Source: Candidatus Latescibacterota bacterium (lineage in GTDB: Bacteria > Latescibacterota > UBA2968). From it: a stretch of DNA of 64,000 nucleotides. The first letter of the stretch is position 1. The number at the start of each line of letters is the position of its first letter. Location: the NCBI GenBank assembly GCA_965204745.1, contig OZ242010.1, forward strand, positions 5,280,001 through 5,344,000, read 5' to 3'. A program made the translations under genes and the position numbers. Under the pieces are notes generated by a model, which saw nothing but the letters and a program-made list of their open reading frames with translations, did no database searches and had not been told where the DNA came from. Positions 9,114-20,000 of the stretch are shown here, piece by piece.

Positions 9114-9308
9114 CCCATCAGTCGTAGGGACGGGTTGAGGTGTAGGCCAAGAAAAAAATCATATAAGCCGTATTGGAAGTTCCGAGAAGACATATAGGGC
9201 TAAAGACGCGCCACATTCGCCCCTGTTTTTTGCTTGACTCTTTTGGCAGAAGTCCTATATATCGCAAAACCCAATGCCTCTCACTCCCCCTTCAATGAGG
9301 TGATTGCC

Positions 9309-10142
9309 TTGCCTACGACAATCGTTTCCAAAGATGCCTTGCATCGCTATCTCGAAGACGTGGCCGCGTCTCAACCGCTCTCTGCACGAGAGGAAGTGCG
9401 GCTCTCTGCGCGCATTCGCAAGGGCGACCGCGAAGCGCGTGCAAAACTCATCGAAGCCAATCTGCGCTTTGTCATCACTGTGGCGTACGAATATCAAAAT
9501 CAAGGCGTGCCGATTGTCGATCTCATCAGCGCGGGCAATGTCGGGCTGATCACCGCGGCAGAGCGTTTTGACGGCAGCCGAGGGTTTAAGTTTATCTCTT
9601 ACGCTGTCTGGTGGATTCGCCAGTCCATTTTGCAAACCTTGGCAGAACATTCCCGCGTGGTGCGCCTGCCGCTCAACCGCGTGGATTTGCTCAGGCGCAT
9701 CGCGCGTTGCGCGACCGGGCAGACGTCGATGCGATCTCTGGAAGAGATCGCCGAAGAATTGGGCATTCCAGTCGAGCAGGTGACGGAGACCCTCACCAGT
9801 GGGCAGCGCGTTTTGTCGTTGGATGCGTCTTTTGGCGGCGAGGATGAAAACAGCCTCCTCGACCTGATGGCCGATGACTCGCAAGAGTCGCCCGATGCGC
9901 TGATCATGCGAAATACCCTCAAAAAGGAAATCACCCGCGCATTGAGCACGCTTGAGGAACGCGAGCGCGAGGTTATCTGCCTCTATTTTGGGTTGGAATC
10001 CGGCGTGGAAATGACGCTCGAAGAAATCGGCAGGCGATACCGCCTCACGCGCGAACGGGTGCGGCAGATCAAGGAAAAAGCACTCCGCAAATTGCGCCAT
10101 CCCACCAGAGGCAGGAAGCTGATGCCTTATACGGAAAAGTGA
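9309..10142 (+). CDS. RNA polymerase sigma-70 factor, RpoD/SigA family, short form without region 1.1
   Basis: LIEANLRFVI, DLISAGNVGL, RGFKFISYAVWWIRQ, TLEEIG...LTRERVRQIKEKALRKLR. TTG 9309 follows a GAGGTG SD; start uncertain. Confidence 0.92.
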   Translation: MPTTIVSKDALHRYLEDVAASQPLSAREEVRLSARIRKGDREARAKLIEANLRFVITVAYEYQNQGVPIVDLISAGNVGLITAAERFDGSRGFKFISYAVWWIRQSILQTLAEHSRVVRLPLNRVDLLRRIARCATGQTSMRSLEEIAEELGIPVEQVTETLTSGQRVLSLDASFGGEDENSLLDLMADDSQESPDALIMRNTLKKEITRALSTLEEREREVICLYFGLESGVEMTLEEIGRRYRLTRERVRQIKEKALRKLRHPTRGRKLMPYTEK

Positions 10143-10171
10143 AAGGCACGGTGTACCTGCGATAGCCGTTC

Positions 10172-10311
10172 AAAGGCAAGAGGCAAGACGGAAGAGGCAA
10201 GAGGCAAGACGGGAGAAGGCCACCGCGCTGTTCCTCTCAAGTTGTCAGTTGTCAGTTGTCAGTCCGCCCCGCCCACCCCCTGTTGTAGGGGCGATGCCCC
10301 CGTGCTCGTCC
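10172..10311. repeat. Intergenic repeat cluster: (AGGCAAG/ACGGGAG)n heptamers, (GTCAGTT)n, and a GTAG-type REP-like element
   Basis: gtaggggcgatgcccccgtgctcgtcc at 10285-10311. Inverted copy at 27444-27470; related copies near 41409 and 53785. Confidence 0.75.
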
Positions 10312-10390
10312 AAAGATACAAGGGGGAATGAGGTCTCCCCTCCCCGAAATGGGAGGGGCATAACATTGTGCATTCCAACAACGACGGGCA

Positions 10391-11761
10391 TCATGAATTT
10401 GATGCCCGTTTCAATTTGTCCACCCAGGCGCGGAATCGCTCGCCGCGTTCTTCAAAATTCCGAAATTGGTCGTAACTCGCAGACGCAGGCGATAGCAAGA
10501 CCACATCCCCGGGTTGTGCCAAGCGGGTCGCGCATGCCATTGCCGCGGCCAAATTTTCGACCCGATGGATGGCGGTCACACCCTTTGTCGCGTCTGCGAT
10601 GGCGTCACCGGTTTCGCCCATCACAATCAGGTGCGCCACTTGTTCTGCTATCGCGGGTCCCAACTCGTCAAACGCGATGCCCTTATCGTATCCCCCGGCG
10701 ATGAGCACGATGGGCTTGTCAAATGCCTCGAGTGCTGTTTGCGTGCGGTCCGGGGTTGTGGCGATTGAATCGTTCACATAGAGAACGCCGTCGATCTCGG
10801 CCACCTGTTCCAATCTGTGGGGCACGCCTTCAAACATGTGCAGTGTTTCGGCGATGTCCGTCTCGGCTACGCCGCATAATAGCGCCGCGCCCGTGGCTGC
10901 GAGTGCGTTGGCGAGGTTGTGCTGACCGCGCAAGGACAACTCATTTGCAGAACAGATTGTTCGCGCCGAGCCCCGGAGCGCGTGTTGGATTTTGCCATCG
11001 CGCACAAAGACCTGCCCATCGCCTTCAATGGCAAAGACCACGCGTTGCCCATTGCCCGGCCAGCGAGACACTTCGGCGTCTTCCCCATTGACGACGGCCC
11101 AATCGCCGCGGCTTTGGTGCGCGGTGATCTGCTGTTTGGCCTTGCGATACGCTTTTAATGACCCGTGAACGTCGAGGTGATTGGGCGCGAAATTGGTGAG
11201 CACGGCAATGTGCGGGCTCCACGGCAACTCGCCCAGTCGGTCGAGTTGAAAGCTCGACAACTCCAGCACAACCGGGATGGTGGCATCGCCATGCAGGATG
11301 TCCAGCGCGTCCAACAATGACCCGCCGATGTTGCCGCCGATTAGGGCGCGCCCATCCTCGCGCTTGAGCATGTCGCCCAAGAGCGACGTGGTGGTGGTCT
11401 TGCCACTGCTGCCCGTGATGCCGATCACCGGCGCGGGACAGCGTTCGACAAACAGACAGATTTCAGACGTGATGGGCACACCTGCGGATTCCGCGACCTG
11501 CAAAAACCGCGATGACCGGGGCACTGCGGGATTGGCGACGATCAAATCCGCGTTCCGAAAATCCGCCTCCTCGTGCCCGCCCAACACAAATGCCACGGGC
11601 AACCCATCCAGCGTGCGCACGGATGCGCCCAGTTCCCTCTCCGACCGCAAATCCGTCACTGTGACCACGGCGCCTTCGCGCACCAAAAACCGCACGGCCC
11701 CCACACCCCCGCCAAACACGCCCAACCCCATCACCAAAACGCGCTGGCCCTTTAAGTTCAT
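10391..11761 (-). CDS. murD: UDP-N-acetylmuramoyl-L-alanine--D-glutamate ligase
   Basis: VMGLGVFGGG, ITGSSGKTTT, LELSSFQL, NHLDVH, HRLE, NDSIATTP, LLSPASASYDQFRNFEERG. SD gaggag. Confidence 0.95.
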   Translation of the reverse strand: MNLKGQRVLVMGLGVFGGGVGAVRFLVREGAVVTVTDLRSERELGASVRTLDGLPVAFVLGGHEEADFRNADLIVANPAVPRSSRFLQVAESAGVPITSEICLFVERCPAPVIGITGSSGKTTTTSLLGDMLKREDGRALIGGNIGGSLLDALDILHGDATIPVVLELSSFQLDRLGELPWSPHIAVLTNFAPNHLDVHGSLKAYRKAKQQITAHQSRGDWAVVNGEDAEVSRWPGNGQRVVFAIEGDGQVFVRDGKIQHALRGSARTICSANELSLRGQHNLANALAATGAALLCGVAETDIAETLHMFEGVPHRLEQVAEIDGVLYVNDSIATTPDRTQTALEAFDKPIVLIAGGYDKGIAFDELGPAIAEQVAHLIVMGETGDAIADATKGVTAIHRVENLAAAMACATRLAQPGDVVLLSPASASYDQFRNFEERGERFRAWVDKLKRASNS

Positions 11762-11827
11762 GGGAATCTCCTCTGATCGAAAAAAAGTCACTAGGTTCTG
11801 TTGACATTTAGGAGCAAAGCAACATCG

Positions 11828-12150
11828 GGACCTACCCCCCTAGCCCCCCTTCCTTAGAGGAAGGGGGGAACGCGGATGGGTTTTGCGAGGGGGACCTACC
11901 CCCTAGCCCCGTTACTCGCTACGCTTCGTTGTAGGCTACGCCTGTGCCTGCGAGGAAGGGGGAATGACGAGAGGTTTTGCGAGGGGATGGTGTGAGGGAT
12001 TTTTAATCGCTTTATGCCCTCGGTCAATGCCATCAGAGCAACTAGAGATATAAGCCATCAAAGGGACTTTACTCCCCTTTCCTCGTAGGAAAGGGGCCGG
12101 GGGATAGGTCCCCTCGCGCAACGCCATCAGAGCAACCTAAGCCATCAAAG
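11828..12150. repeat. Cluster of palindromic REP/MITE-like elements (ACCTACCCCCTAGCCCCCTTCCT-n-AGGAAGGGGG family)
   Basis: Copies at about 11828, 11891 (with ~36 bp insert) and 12073 (inverted). Same family at 13743, 26850, 27008, 27182 and 32430. Confidence 0.85.
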
Positions 12151-12307
12151 GACCAAACGCATTAAATGAGCAAGCAACACATTTGCTAATCTGTGCGTAA
12201 CATAAAAAATAAAATGTCAACACGACCTAAAAATTAAAATAGTGATAGAAAAATAAAAAATCAAATTGGTATAACCTGCTTTTCTCTTTGCCCCACCTGA
12301 ACGCCCC

Positions 12308-12341
12308 AATCCGCGCAATCTGTTTAATCCGCGATTCAGAC
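12308..12341. repeat. Nonamer tandem repeat (AATCCGCGC-like)n ending in TTCAGAC; also 27387-27429 and 57413-57455
   Basis: Three dispersed copies with the same terminal motif. Confidence 0.8.
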
Positions 12342-12579
12342 GAGGTGTTGCCTCTCCTTTTATCCCTTGCCAAAGGTCATCTCGGGTATTAAGTTGGTCG
12401 ATGAACTTTGACATACATCCCATCGCATGCGCGGCGTGCGGTCAATGGCGAGCAACGATCCCTCGCAGAAAGGAGGCTTATGGACGGAAATCCCAAGCGA
12501 GCAGTTGCAGCATCACGCGAGTAGTTGTAGCATCAGGTCTGTTTATTTTTTGTCTCATTCACCCCCGGAGGAAATTCCC

Positions 12580-13446
12580 ATGACGTATCGACATCCACTC
12601 TTTGCCCTGCTCTTCCTCGTTGTGTGTTTTGCCGGCTATGGCGCAAGCGATGCCGGCCATCACAAAATGCACGAAAAAAAAACCGTCACCATCCCCGACG
12701 CCAATCTGCGCGCGGTGATCGCGGATTCTTTGAAAAAGGCGAGTGATGAGGCGATCACCACGGCTGATATGGCCATGGTGACGCGCCTCGTCGCGCCGAA
12801 TGCAGGCATTGGCGATTTGACCGGATTAGAGCACGCCACCAATCTGGCACATTTGGACCTCGGCGACGCGCGCGTGGAGGAAAAGCGCGCCAATAGCAAC
12901 GACATATCCGACCTGTCGCCCCTGTCTGGCCTCACCAAGTTGAGGGTGCTGGACCTCGACCGCGCCACCTCGGTTATGGACCTCGCGCCGCTGGCCGGGC
13001 TGATGAACCTGCGAACCCTGCGCCTCAGCAACAACGAGGTAGCCGATCTGTCGCCCTTGTCTGGCGCGACCAAGTTGAGAATCCTGACGCTTGCCGGAAA
13101 CAAAAAAATCATGGACATCGAGCCGCTAGCAGGCGCGACCATGTTGCGGAACCTCAATCTGAACAACACCGGCATCTCGGACCTCGCATCCCTGTCCGGG
13201 ATGGCGGAACTGGTATCGCTGAATCTCAACAGCACCAAAATTATGGACCTCGCGCCCCTCTCGGGCTTGGCGAAGCTGAAAACCTTGAATATCAACAACA
13301 ACAAGGTCGGCGACATCTCGCCCGTGGCGGGCTTGAGCGCACTGAGCACCCTGAACCTCAGAAACAACCCATTGGACGAAGCGGCGATCAACACGCATGT
13401 TCCGGCCCTGAAGAAACGCGGGGTCAAAGTGGGCATCGAAGAATAA
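12580..13446 (+). CDS. Secreted internalin-like leucine-rich repeat protein, 288 aa
   Basis: SD ggagg, signal-peptide-like MTYRHPLFALLFLVVCFAGYGA, IPDANLRAVI cap, 22-aa LRRs, NNPL...HVPALKKRGV C-cap shared with the first gene. Confidence 0.9.
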   Translation: MTYRHPLFALLFLVVCFAGYGASDAGHHKMHEKKTVTIPDANLRAVIADSLKKASDEAITTADMAMVTRLVAPNAGIGDLTGLEHATNLAHLDLGDARVEEKRANSNDISDLSPLSGLTKLRVLDLDRATSVMDLAPLAGLMNLRTLRLSNNEVADLSPLSGATKLRILTLAGNKKIMDIEPLAGATMLRNLNLNNTGISDLASLSGMAELVSLNLNSTKIMDLAPLSGLAKLKTLNINNNKVGDISPVAGLSALSTLNLRNNPLDEAAINTHVPALKKRGVKVGIEE

Positions 13447-13742
13447 ATGTCCGCAACATCTCAACCATGACCAGCGGGGTTCGTGTCTGTCGCACGAACC
13501 CCGTTGCGGTTGAGAGGCGAAATCGAACGCCATCACGGAGGGAAGTTGTCAGTTGTCAGTTGTCAGTTGTCAATGCGAATTAAGAGTAGAAAGCGAGTAA
13601 GAAGCAAGCCGCAACCCATCATCCAAAGACATGAACGAGTCATCCATTATAGAATCGCCCTTGAATTTGTCTTAAAACGAACGATGGATGCCCCTCCTCC
13701 TGCTCTTCCCCGCAACGGAGAGATGTTATTCCCCCCTTGTAT

Positions 13743-13810
13743 CTTCCTCGTAGGCACAGGCGTAGCCTACAACGAAGCGTAGCGAGTAACGGGGCCAGGG
13801 GGGTAGGTCG
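13743..13810. repeat. REP/MITE-like element, inverted near-identical copy of 11893-11960
   Basis: cttcctcgtaggcacaggcgtagcctacaacgaagcgtagcgagtaacggggccaggggggtaggtc is the reverse complement of the 11893 copy with few mismatches. Confidence 0.9.
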
Positions 13811-13812
13811 TA

Positions 13813-13850
13813 AAAAGTAAAGCCCGAGTTCACTGTGAACCCGGGCTTTT
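13813..13850 (-). terminator. Intrinsic terminator, homologous to the one at 2731-2775
   Basis: Minus strand reads aaaagcccgggttc-acagt-gaactcgggcttt-actttt. Confidence 0.8.
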
Positions 13851-13878
13851 GTTTGTTTGCATCTTTCGTCGTTCAGCC

Positions 13879-14060
13879 TTAGGTACCAAAGCTATCGGCG
13901 GAGATGAAGCAATCGTCGAATCCAATCTCGCCATCGCCATCGCCATCGCACCGGGGGTCATATCGCTCCTGGCCGAGTCGCGAGCCGAACTTGCTGGCAA
14001 AGGTCAAGAAGTCGGCGAAATTCACATCGCCATCGCCATCTTCATCTGTGGCGGTCAGGG
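13879..14060 (-). pseudogene. Stranded EF-hand/dockerin-like C-terminal domain behind the stop codon of the giant gene
   Basis: Translates DEDGDGDVNFADFLTFASKFGSRLGQERYDPRCDGDGDGEIGFDD...FGT*, a full-length but degenerate paralog of the C-terminus at 2531-2711. Confidence 0.7.
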
Positions 14061-14069
14061 AACAGGCTT

Positions 14070-17000
14070 TCATTGGAAGTGGGAGTCGGGATAGAGGCTT
14101 CGGATGTAGGGTTCAATGGCTTGAGCGGTCGTGCGCGTAGCATTTTGCTCAATGACGTTCCCTCTGAGGAGGGCCTCGTTCCGGAAGAAGAGGACGTATC
14201 GAATGATCAGGATTATATCCGAGAACAGCCTCACATCGCCATCGCCATCCACATCGAGAATGTTCTGATTGACCAACGTGTCGAGGTAGGGTTCAATTTC
14301 TTGAGCGGTCGTGCGCGTGGCAGTTGGCTCGATGACGTTCCCTCTGAGGAGGGCCTCTTCCCGGAAGAAGAGGACATATCGAATGACCAGGATTATATCC
14401 GAGAACAATCTCACCCGGCCATCGCCATCCACATCCAAGTTGGCACTCGAGGTTTCGTCATCGATAATCGTCCCTGTGCCTTGCGCCGTGCTTATGGTCG
14501 CATTGGTCGCACTGCTCAGCGTCACGATCACGGTCTCGTTCTGCTCATCATCCGAGTCGTCGGTCACAGAAACAGGGATGGTCTGGATGGTATCGCCTAC
14601 CGTGAAGGTCAGGGTCCCCGCGGTAAGCGCGGTGTAATCCGTCCCCGAAGTCGCGGTGCCCGTGCCCGCGTCTGCATACCCCACTGTCACTTGTGCCGTG
14701 TGCGCCGGGCGTAGGTACACCCGAAAGGTTAGGGTCGCGCCGGTCGCGCCTTCAATCACGCTTGGCGAACCGATACTCAGCGCAGGCATGCCATCGTCAT
14801 CGATAATCGTCCCTGTGCCTTGCGCCGTGCTTATGGTCGCATTGGTCGCACTGCTCAGCGTCACGATCACGGTCTCGTTCGGCTCATCATCCCCGTCGTC
14901 GCTCACAGAAACAGCGATAGTCTGGCTGGTCGTGCCCGCCGCGAAGGTCAGGGTTCCTGCGGTAAGTGTGGAGTAATCCGTCCCCGAAGTCGCGGTGCCC
15001 GTGCCCGCGTCTGCATACGCCACCGTCACCTCCTTGCCGCTCACCGCATTCAATCTAACGGTGAACGTCAGGGCAGTGCCCTCAACCGCACTCGGCGAAC
15101 TGATCGAGAGCCTCGGTTGCGGGTCATCATCGGTGATCGTTATTGCAGTCGGGAGGACCACACTGCCCTGGGCGTTGGCTGATACAACGGACACGGTCAC
15201 GTCGCGATTAAGTTCGTCTCGGGTGTTGTCCACCGCTGTGATGACCACCGTATCCGACGCGTTCGCGGTTTGCCCTGCCGCGATGGTGATCGTCGAATCC
15301 ATCCCCACCGTGTAAGCACCGGTCACAGGGCGCACCGTGATCGTCGTCGCCGTGCTCCACGACCGTGTCAGCGTCGCGGTCACGGTACTCATCCCGCCGC
15401 TTTCCGAGATCGACGAGGGCGTCAGGGTCAACGTCACTACCGCGGGTTGGAGTTGAAATTGCACGGTGGTGTCCATGCCGGCATACTTCAAGACCGGATA
15501 CTGATCCGCCGCGCCAAAGGTCCACGGATCGTCTTTGCCCACTGCGTCGCCCGTGTTGGTATCGCTGTCCACATTTAGGTTCCAGTTGTAGTAGGTGTCG
15601 CTGTTGGTGGCACCGTAAGTGCTCGGGCTCTGGAGATCGCGGGTGGTCTTGCCCCCGGCAATGCCGCTCCGGTCACTGTCCCAGTAGCTATTGGTCACTG
15701 TGCCAGATGTGCTACCCACCAACCCGCCTTTCGTGCCGTCACCAGTGACCTGACCTGTCGCATAACTGGCCGTCACTTCACCGCTACTCTCGAGGCGCCC
15801 CACCAACCCGCCTTTCGTGCCGCTCCCAGTAACCGTGACCGCGCCCGTCGCATAGGACGCGATAATCGTCCCGCCGTTCTGCCACCCCACCAGACCACCG
15901 ACCCAGAAATTGGCCCCACTCCCTAAGGCCGTCACAGCCGCAACGGAATAGCTAGCACTGATGCGGCGGTTGGCACCGGTATGAGAATGCCCCACCAGAC
16001 CGCCCAAGCCGTAACTGCCAGACCCCCGAACGCGACCGGTGACATAACAACCCGTGATGGCACCCCCGCGCTGATTGCCGGTGAGTCCTCCCACGGCGAG
16101 GTTGCCTCTGACATCCACATTGCGGAGCCCAAGACCGGAAACAGTGCCCGTGATATCCCGGAACAGCCCAACATCATTCTGACCGCCACGGTTGATATAC
16201 AGGTTGGAGATCGTCTTGTTATTGCCCTTGAGCGTACCGGTGTAAGTCCCGAGGGGTTGCCAACCCGCGCTGCCATTCCAGTAGGTGGCGTCTGCTGAGG
16301 TGATTTCGTCGTCGCCATTCTCGTCAAAGTTGAGGTTGTTGAGCAGTTCGTAGCCGGTGCAGGTCCCAGAAGGGCAACCCATCCGGACATTGCTGGTGGT
16401 GTCGCGGTTGGGAAAGGCGGCGTTGTAGTTCATGGTATCACTATCGGCGACGATCCCATCGCCGTTGAGATCCCAGCGGATGGCATGCAGTTGTGCCAGC
16501 GTCTTAATGTCGATGAGGCCATCGCCATCCCTGTCGTAATTGATCCCCGGGGGCGTGCCCATGACCTCGTCCGAGGGCGTGCTATCGGTCCCACCTGCCA
16601 GGGTGGCAAGGACGCGCACTGTGTAGGGCGTCCCTATCGTCAGGTTCTCTATCGTGTAGGTCGTGGTGCTGCCTCCAGAGACCGTCTCCTGGCGAGAAGA
16701 GGTGTTGTAGCTTTGTCCACCGGACTTCCACTGCACCTTGTAGCCCGTCGCGCCGGTTGCCTCGGTCCAAGCCACAATGAGTTGGCCCGGCCCAGGCGTC
16801 ACGCGCACATTGGTGGGTTTATTTGTCGCCAAGGTCACCATGACTGCGTCCGAAGGAGCGCTGTCGGCTACATTGATATTGGTACTCGTGGCGATGACGC
16901 GAATCGTGTAAGTCGTCCCTGCGGTCAGCCCAGAAATTTTGTGGATCGTGGTGCTCCCGCCAGCGATTGTGGCTTGCCCGTGCGTGGCCAACGCCAGATC

Positions 17001-20000
17001 GGCGGTGGGATAAGTCGCTACCCCGGATTTCCACTGCACCTTATACCCAGTTGCATCGTTCACCGCATTCCAAGTCACGGTCAGCGTGTCCACCTTCGCC
17101 GCCACCATCACAGCCGGACTGCCCAGCAAGGCGGGAACGCCGGTCTGCTCTGCCGAGGGCATGCCATCGGGCGCACCGGTCTTGGTGGCAATGACACGCA
17201 CTGTGTAGGTCGTCTCGGCGAGCAAGTTGGGGATCTTGTAGCGCGTCCCTGTGACGATCCCCTGACGTGAGGCGGCGTAGCTCTGCGCGCCGGCTTTCCA
17301 CTGCACCTTGTACCCCGTCGCATAACTCGCCGCAGTCCAACGCACGTCCAAGGTGTCCGCTTTTGGCGTTACTGTCACACTTGTCGGAATGCCCGGCGGT
17401 TGCAAGTTATACTGCACGGTGGTGTCCATGCCGGCATATTTCAAGACCGGATACTGATTCGCCGCGCCAAAGGTCCACGGATCGTCGTTGCCGGGTTGTC
17501 CGTCGAGGTTGGCGTTCCAGCCGTAGTAGGTGTCGTTGCTGGTGGCACCGTAGGTGGTGGGGCTTATGAGCGCGCTGGTCGTCAGTCCGGTAACGCCGCT
17601 ACCGCCGGCGCTGGTTGTGCAACCGTTGCTGCCGCCGGATGTACAGCCGCTGGTTTGGGTGTCCCAGTAGCTTGCGGTGCCGCCCGTGCCGGAGCCTATC
17701 AACCCGCCGATGGTTGTTAGCGTTCCGCTGGAGCGAGTAACCACGCCGGTGGAGTAGGAGTTCGTTACGGTGCCGCCTTGGCTTGCTCCCAGCAGTCCGC
17801 CGACGTGCTCAGGGCCGCTGACGGATGCGGTGGAGTAGCTTGAGGTAATCGCGTTGGGCGTCCATCCGACCAGTCCGCCGGCGGTCCTAGTCGTCGCCGA
17901 AATGTTGCCGGTGGAGTAGCAGGCGACGACTGTGCCGCGCAGGGCGCCGACCAGAGCGCCGGCATATTCGCCTCCCGCAACACTGGCGTTGGTTATGCCG
18001 ACGGACTCGATGCGGGAGGCGGTGTCGACGTTGCCGAATAATCCCACTTCAACGACGGAGGGTCGGTTGATGGTCAGGTTGTCGATAGTGTAGCCGTTGC
18101 CCTTGAAATCGCCGGTGTATCTGGCGGCGTCTGTGCCAATGGGTAGCCAGCCGTCGCCGTTGTTCCAGTAGGTGGCGTCTGCTTGGGTGATTTCGCCATC
18201 GCCATTCTCGTCAAAGTCGAGGTTGTTGAGCAGTTCGTAGCCGGTGCAGGTCCCGGAAGGGCAACCCATCCGGCCGCTACTGGTGGTGACGCGGTTGGGA
18301 AAGGCGGCGTTGTAGGTCATGGTATCATTATCGGCGACGACCCCATCGCCGTTGAGATCCCAGCGGATGGCATGCAGTTGCGCCAGCGTCTTAATGTCGA
18401 TGAGGCCATCGCCATCGCTGTCGTAATTGATCGCTTGGGGCGTGCCCATGACCTCGTCCGAGGGCGTGCTATCGGTCCCACCTGCCAGGGTAGCAGTGAC
18501 GCGCACCGTGTAGGTCGTGCCAAAGGTCAGGTTCTCTATCGTGTGGGTCGTAGTGCTCATCCCAGAGACCGTCGTCTGGCGATCAGATGTGTTGTAGCTT
18601 TGTACACCGGACTTCCACTGTATCTTGTATCCCGTCGCGCCGGTTGCCTCGGTCCAAGCCACAATGAGTTGGCCCGGCCCCGGCGTCACGCGCACATTGG
18701 TGGGCTTGGTGGTCGCCGAGGTCACCATGACTTCCTCCGAAGGGGCACTGTTGCCGGCCGTTGTGGTGTGCGTGGCGATGACGCGAATCGCGTAGGTCGT
18801 CCCTGGGGTCAGCCCAGAAATTTTGTGGATCGTGGTGCGCCCGCCAGCGATAGTGGCTTGCCCATGCGTGGCGGACTCCTCATCGGCGGCGGGATAAGTC
18901 TCTGACCCGGATTTCCACTGCACCTTATACCCGGTTGCGAGGGGCACCGCATTCCAGGTCACGGTCAACGTGTCCACCTTCGCACTCACCTCCACACCCG
19001 TTGGGCTACCCAGCGTGAGAAGGGTGATCACTTCCTCCGAGGGGGCACTGTCGGCTACATTGGTACGCGTGGCGATGACGCGAATCGCGTAGGTCGTCCC
19101 TGGGGTCAGCCCAGAAATTTTGTGGATCGTGGTGCGCCCGCCAGAGATTGTGGCTTGCCCGTGCGTGGCGGACTCCTCATCGGCGGCGGAATAAGTCTCT
19201 GACCCGGATTTCCACTGCACTTTGTAGCCGGTTGCTCCGTTCGCCGCATTCCAAGTCACGGTCAGCGTGTCCACCTTCGCATTCACCTCCACACCCGTCG
19301 GGCTACCCAGCAGGGGAACGCCGGTCTGCTCTGCCGAGGGCCGGCCATCGCGGACACCGGTCTTGGTGGCAATGACACGCACTGTGTAAGTCGTCCCGCC
19401 GATCAAGTTGGCGATCTTGTAGCGCGTATCCGTGGTGATGGCCTCACGCGAGACGGCGTAGTTCTGCGCGCCGGCTTTCCACTGCACCTTGTATCCCGTC
19501 GCATTACTCGGCGCAGTCCAACGCACGTCCAAGGTGTCCCTTTGCACCGTCACGGTTACACTTGTCGGAATGCCCGGCGGTTGCATTGCAAATTGTGCGG
19601 TGGTGTCCATGCCGGCATATTTCAACACCGGATACTGATCCGCCGCGCCAAAGGTCCACGGGTTGTCACTGCCAGGCCTGCCATCGACATCCACATTCCA
19701 GTTGGCGTAGATGCCGTTGTAATCCGTTTCTGACCGCAACGCGCTGGTGGTCTGGCTCGTGCCGCGAGCACTGGATGAGCGACCACTACTTTCCCTATCC
19801 CAGTAACTATGGGACACTCCGGATTGTGCAAACCCGATCAATCCGCCTAGTTGGCTGGAGTCATGTCTGCGCCCAGTGACTGTCCCCGTGGCATAGCTGG
19901 TACTAACCGAACTAGGAGAAATGTCCAACCTCCCCACCAAACCGCCGACCCTGAAATTTCCAGTCACCGGCCCGATAGCGTAGGACGCTATCACCGTAGC

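Noticed and set aside
10391-11761. murD outside a dcw cluster
   Set aside because: Dispersed mur genes are common; nothing else is unusual.
12150-12300. AT-rich patch as possible origin or small gene
   Set aside because: No DnaA-box cluster, iterons or credible ORF seen.
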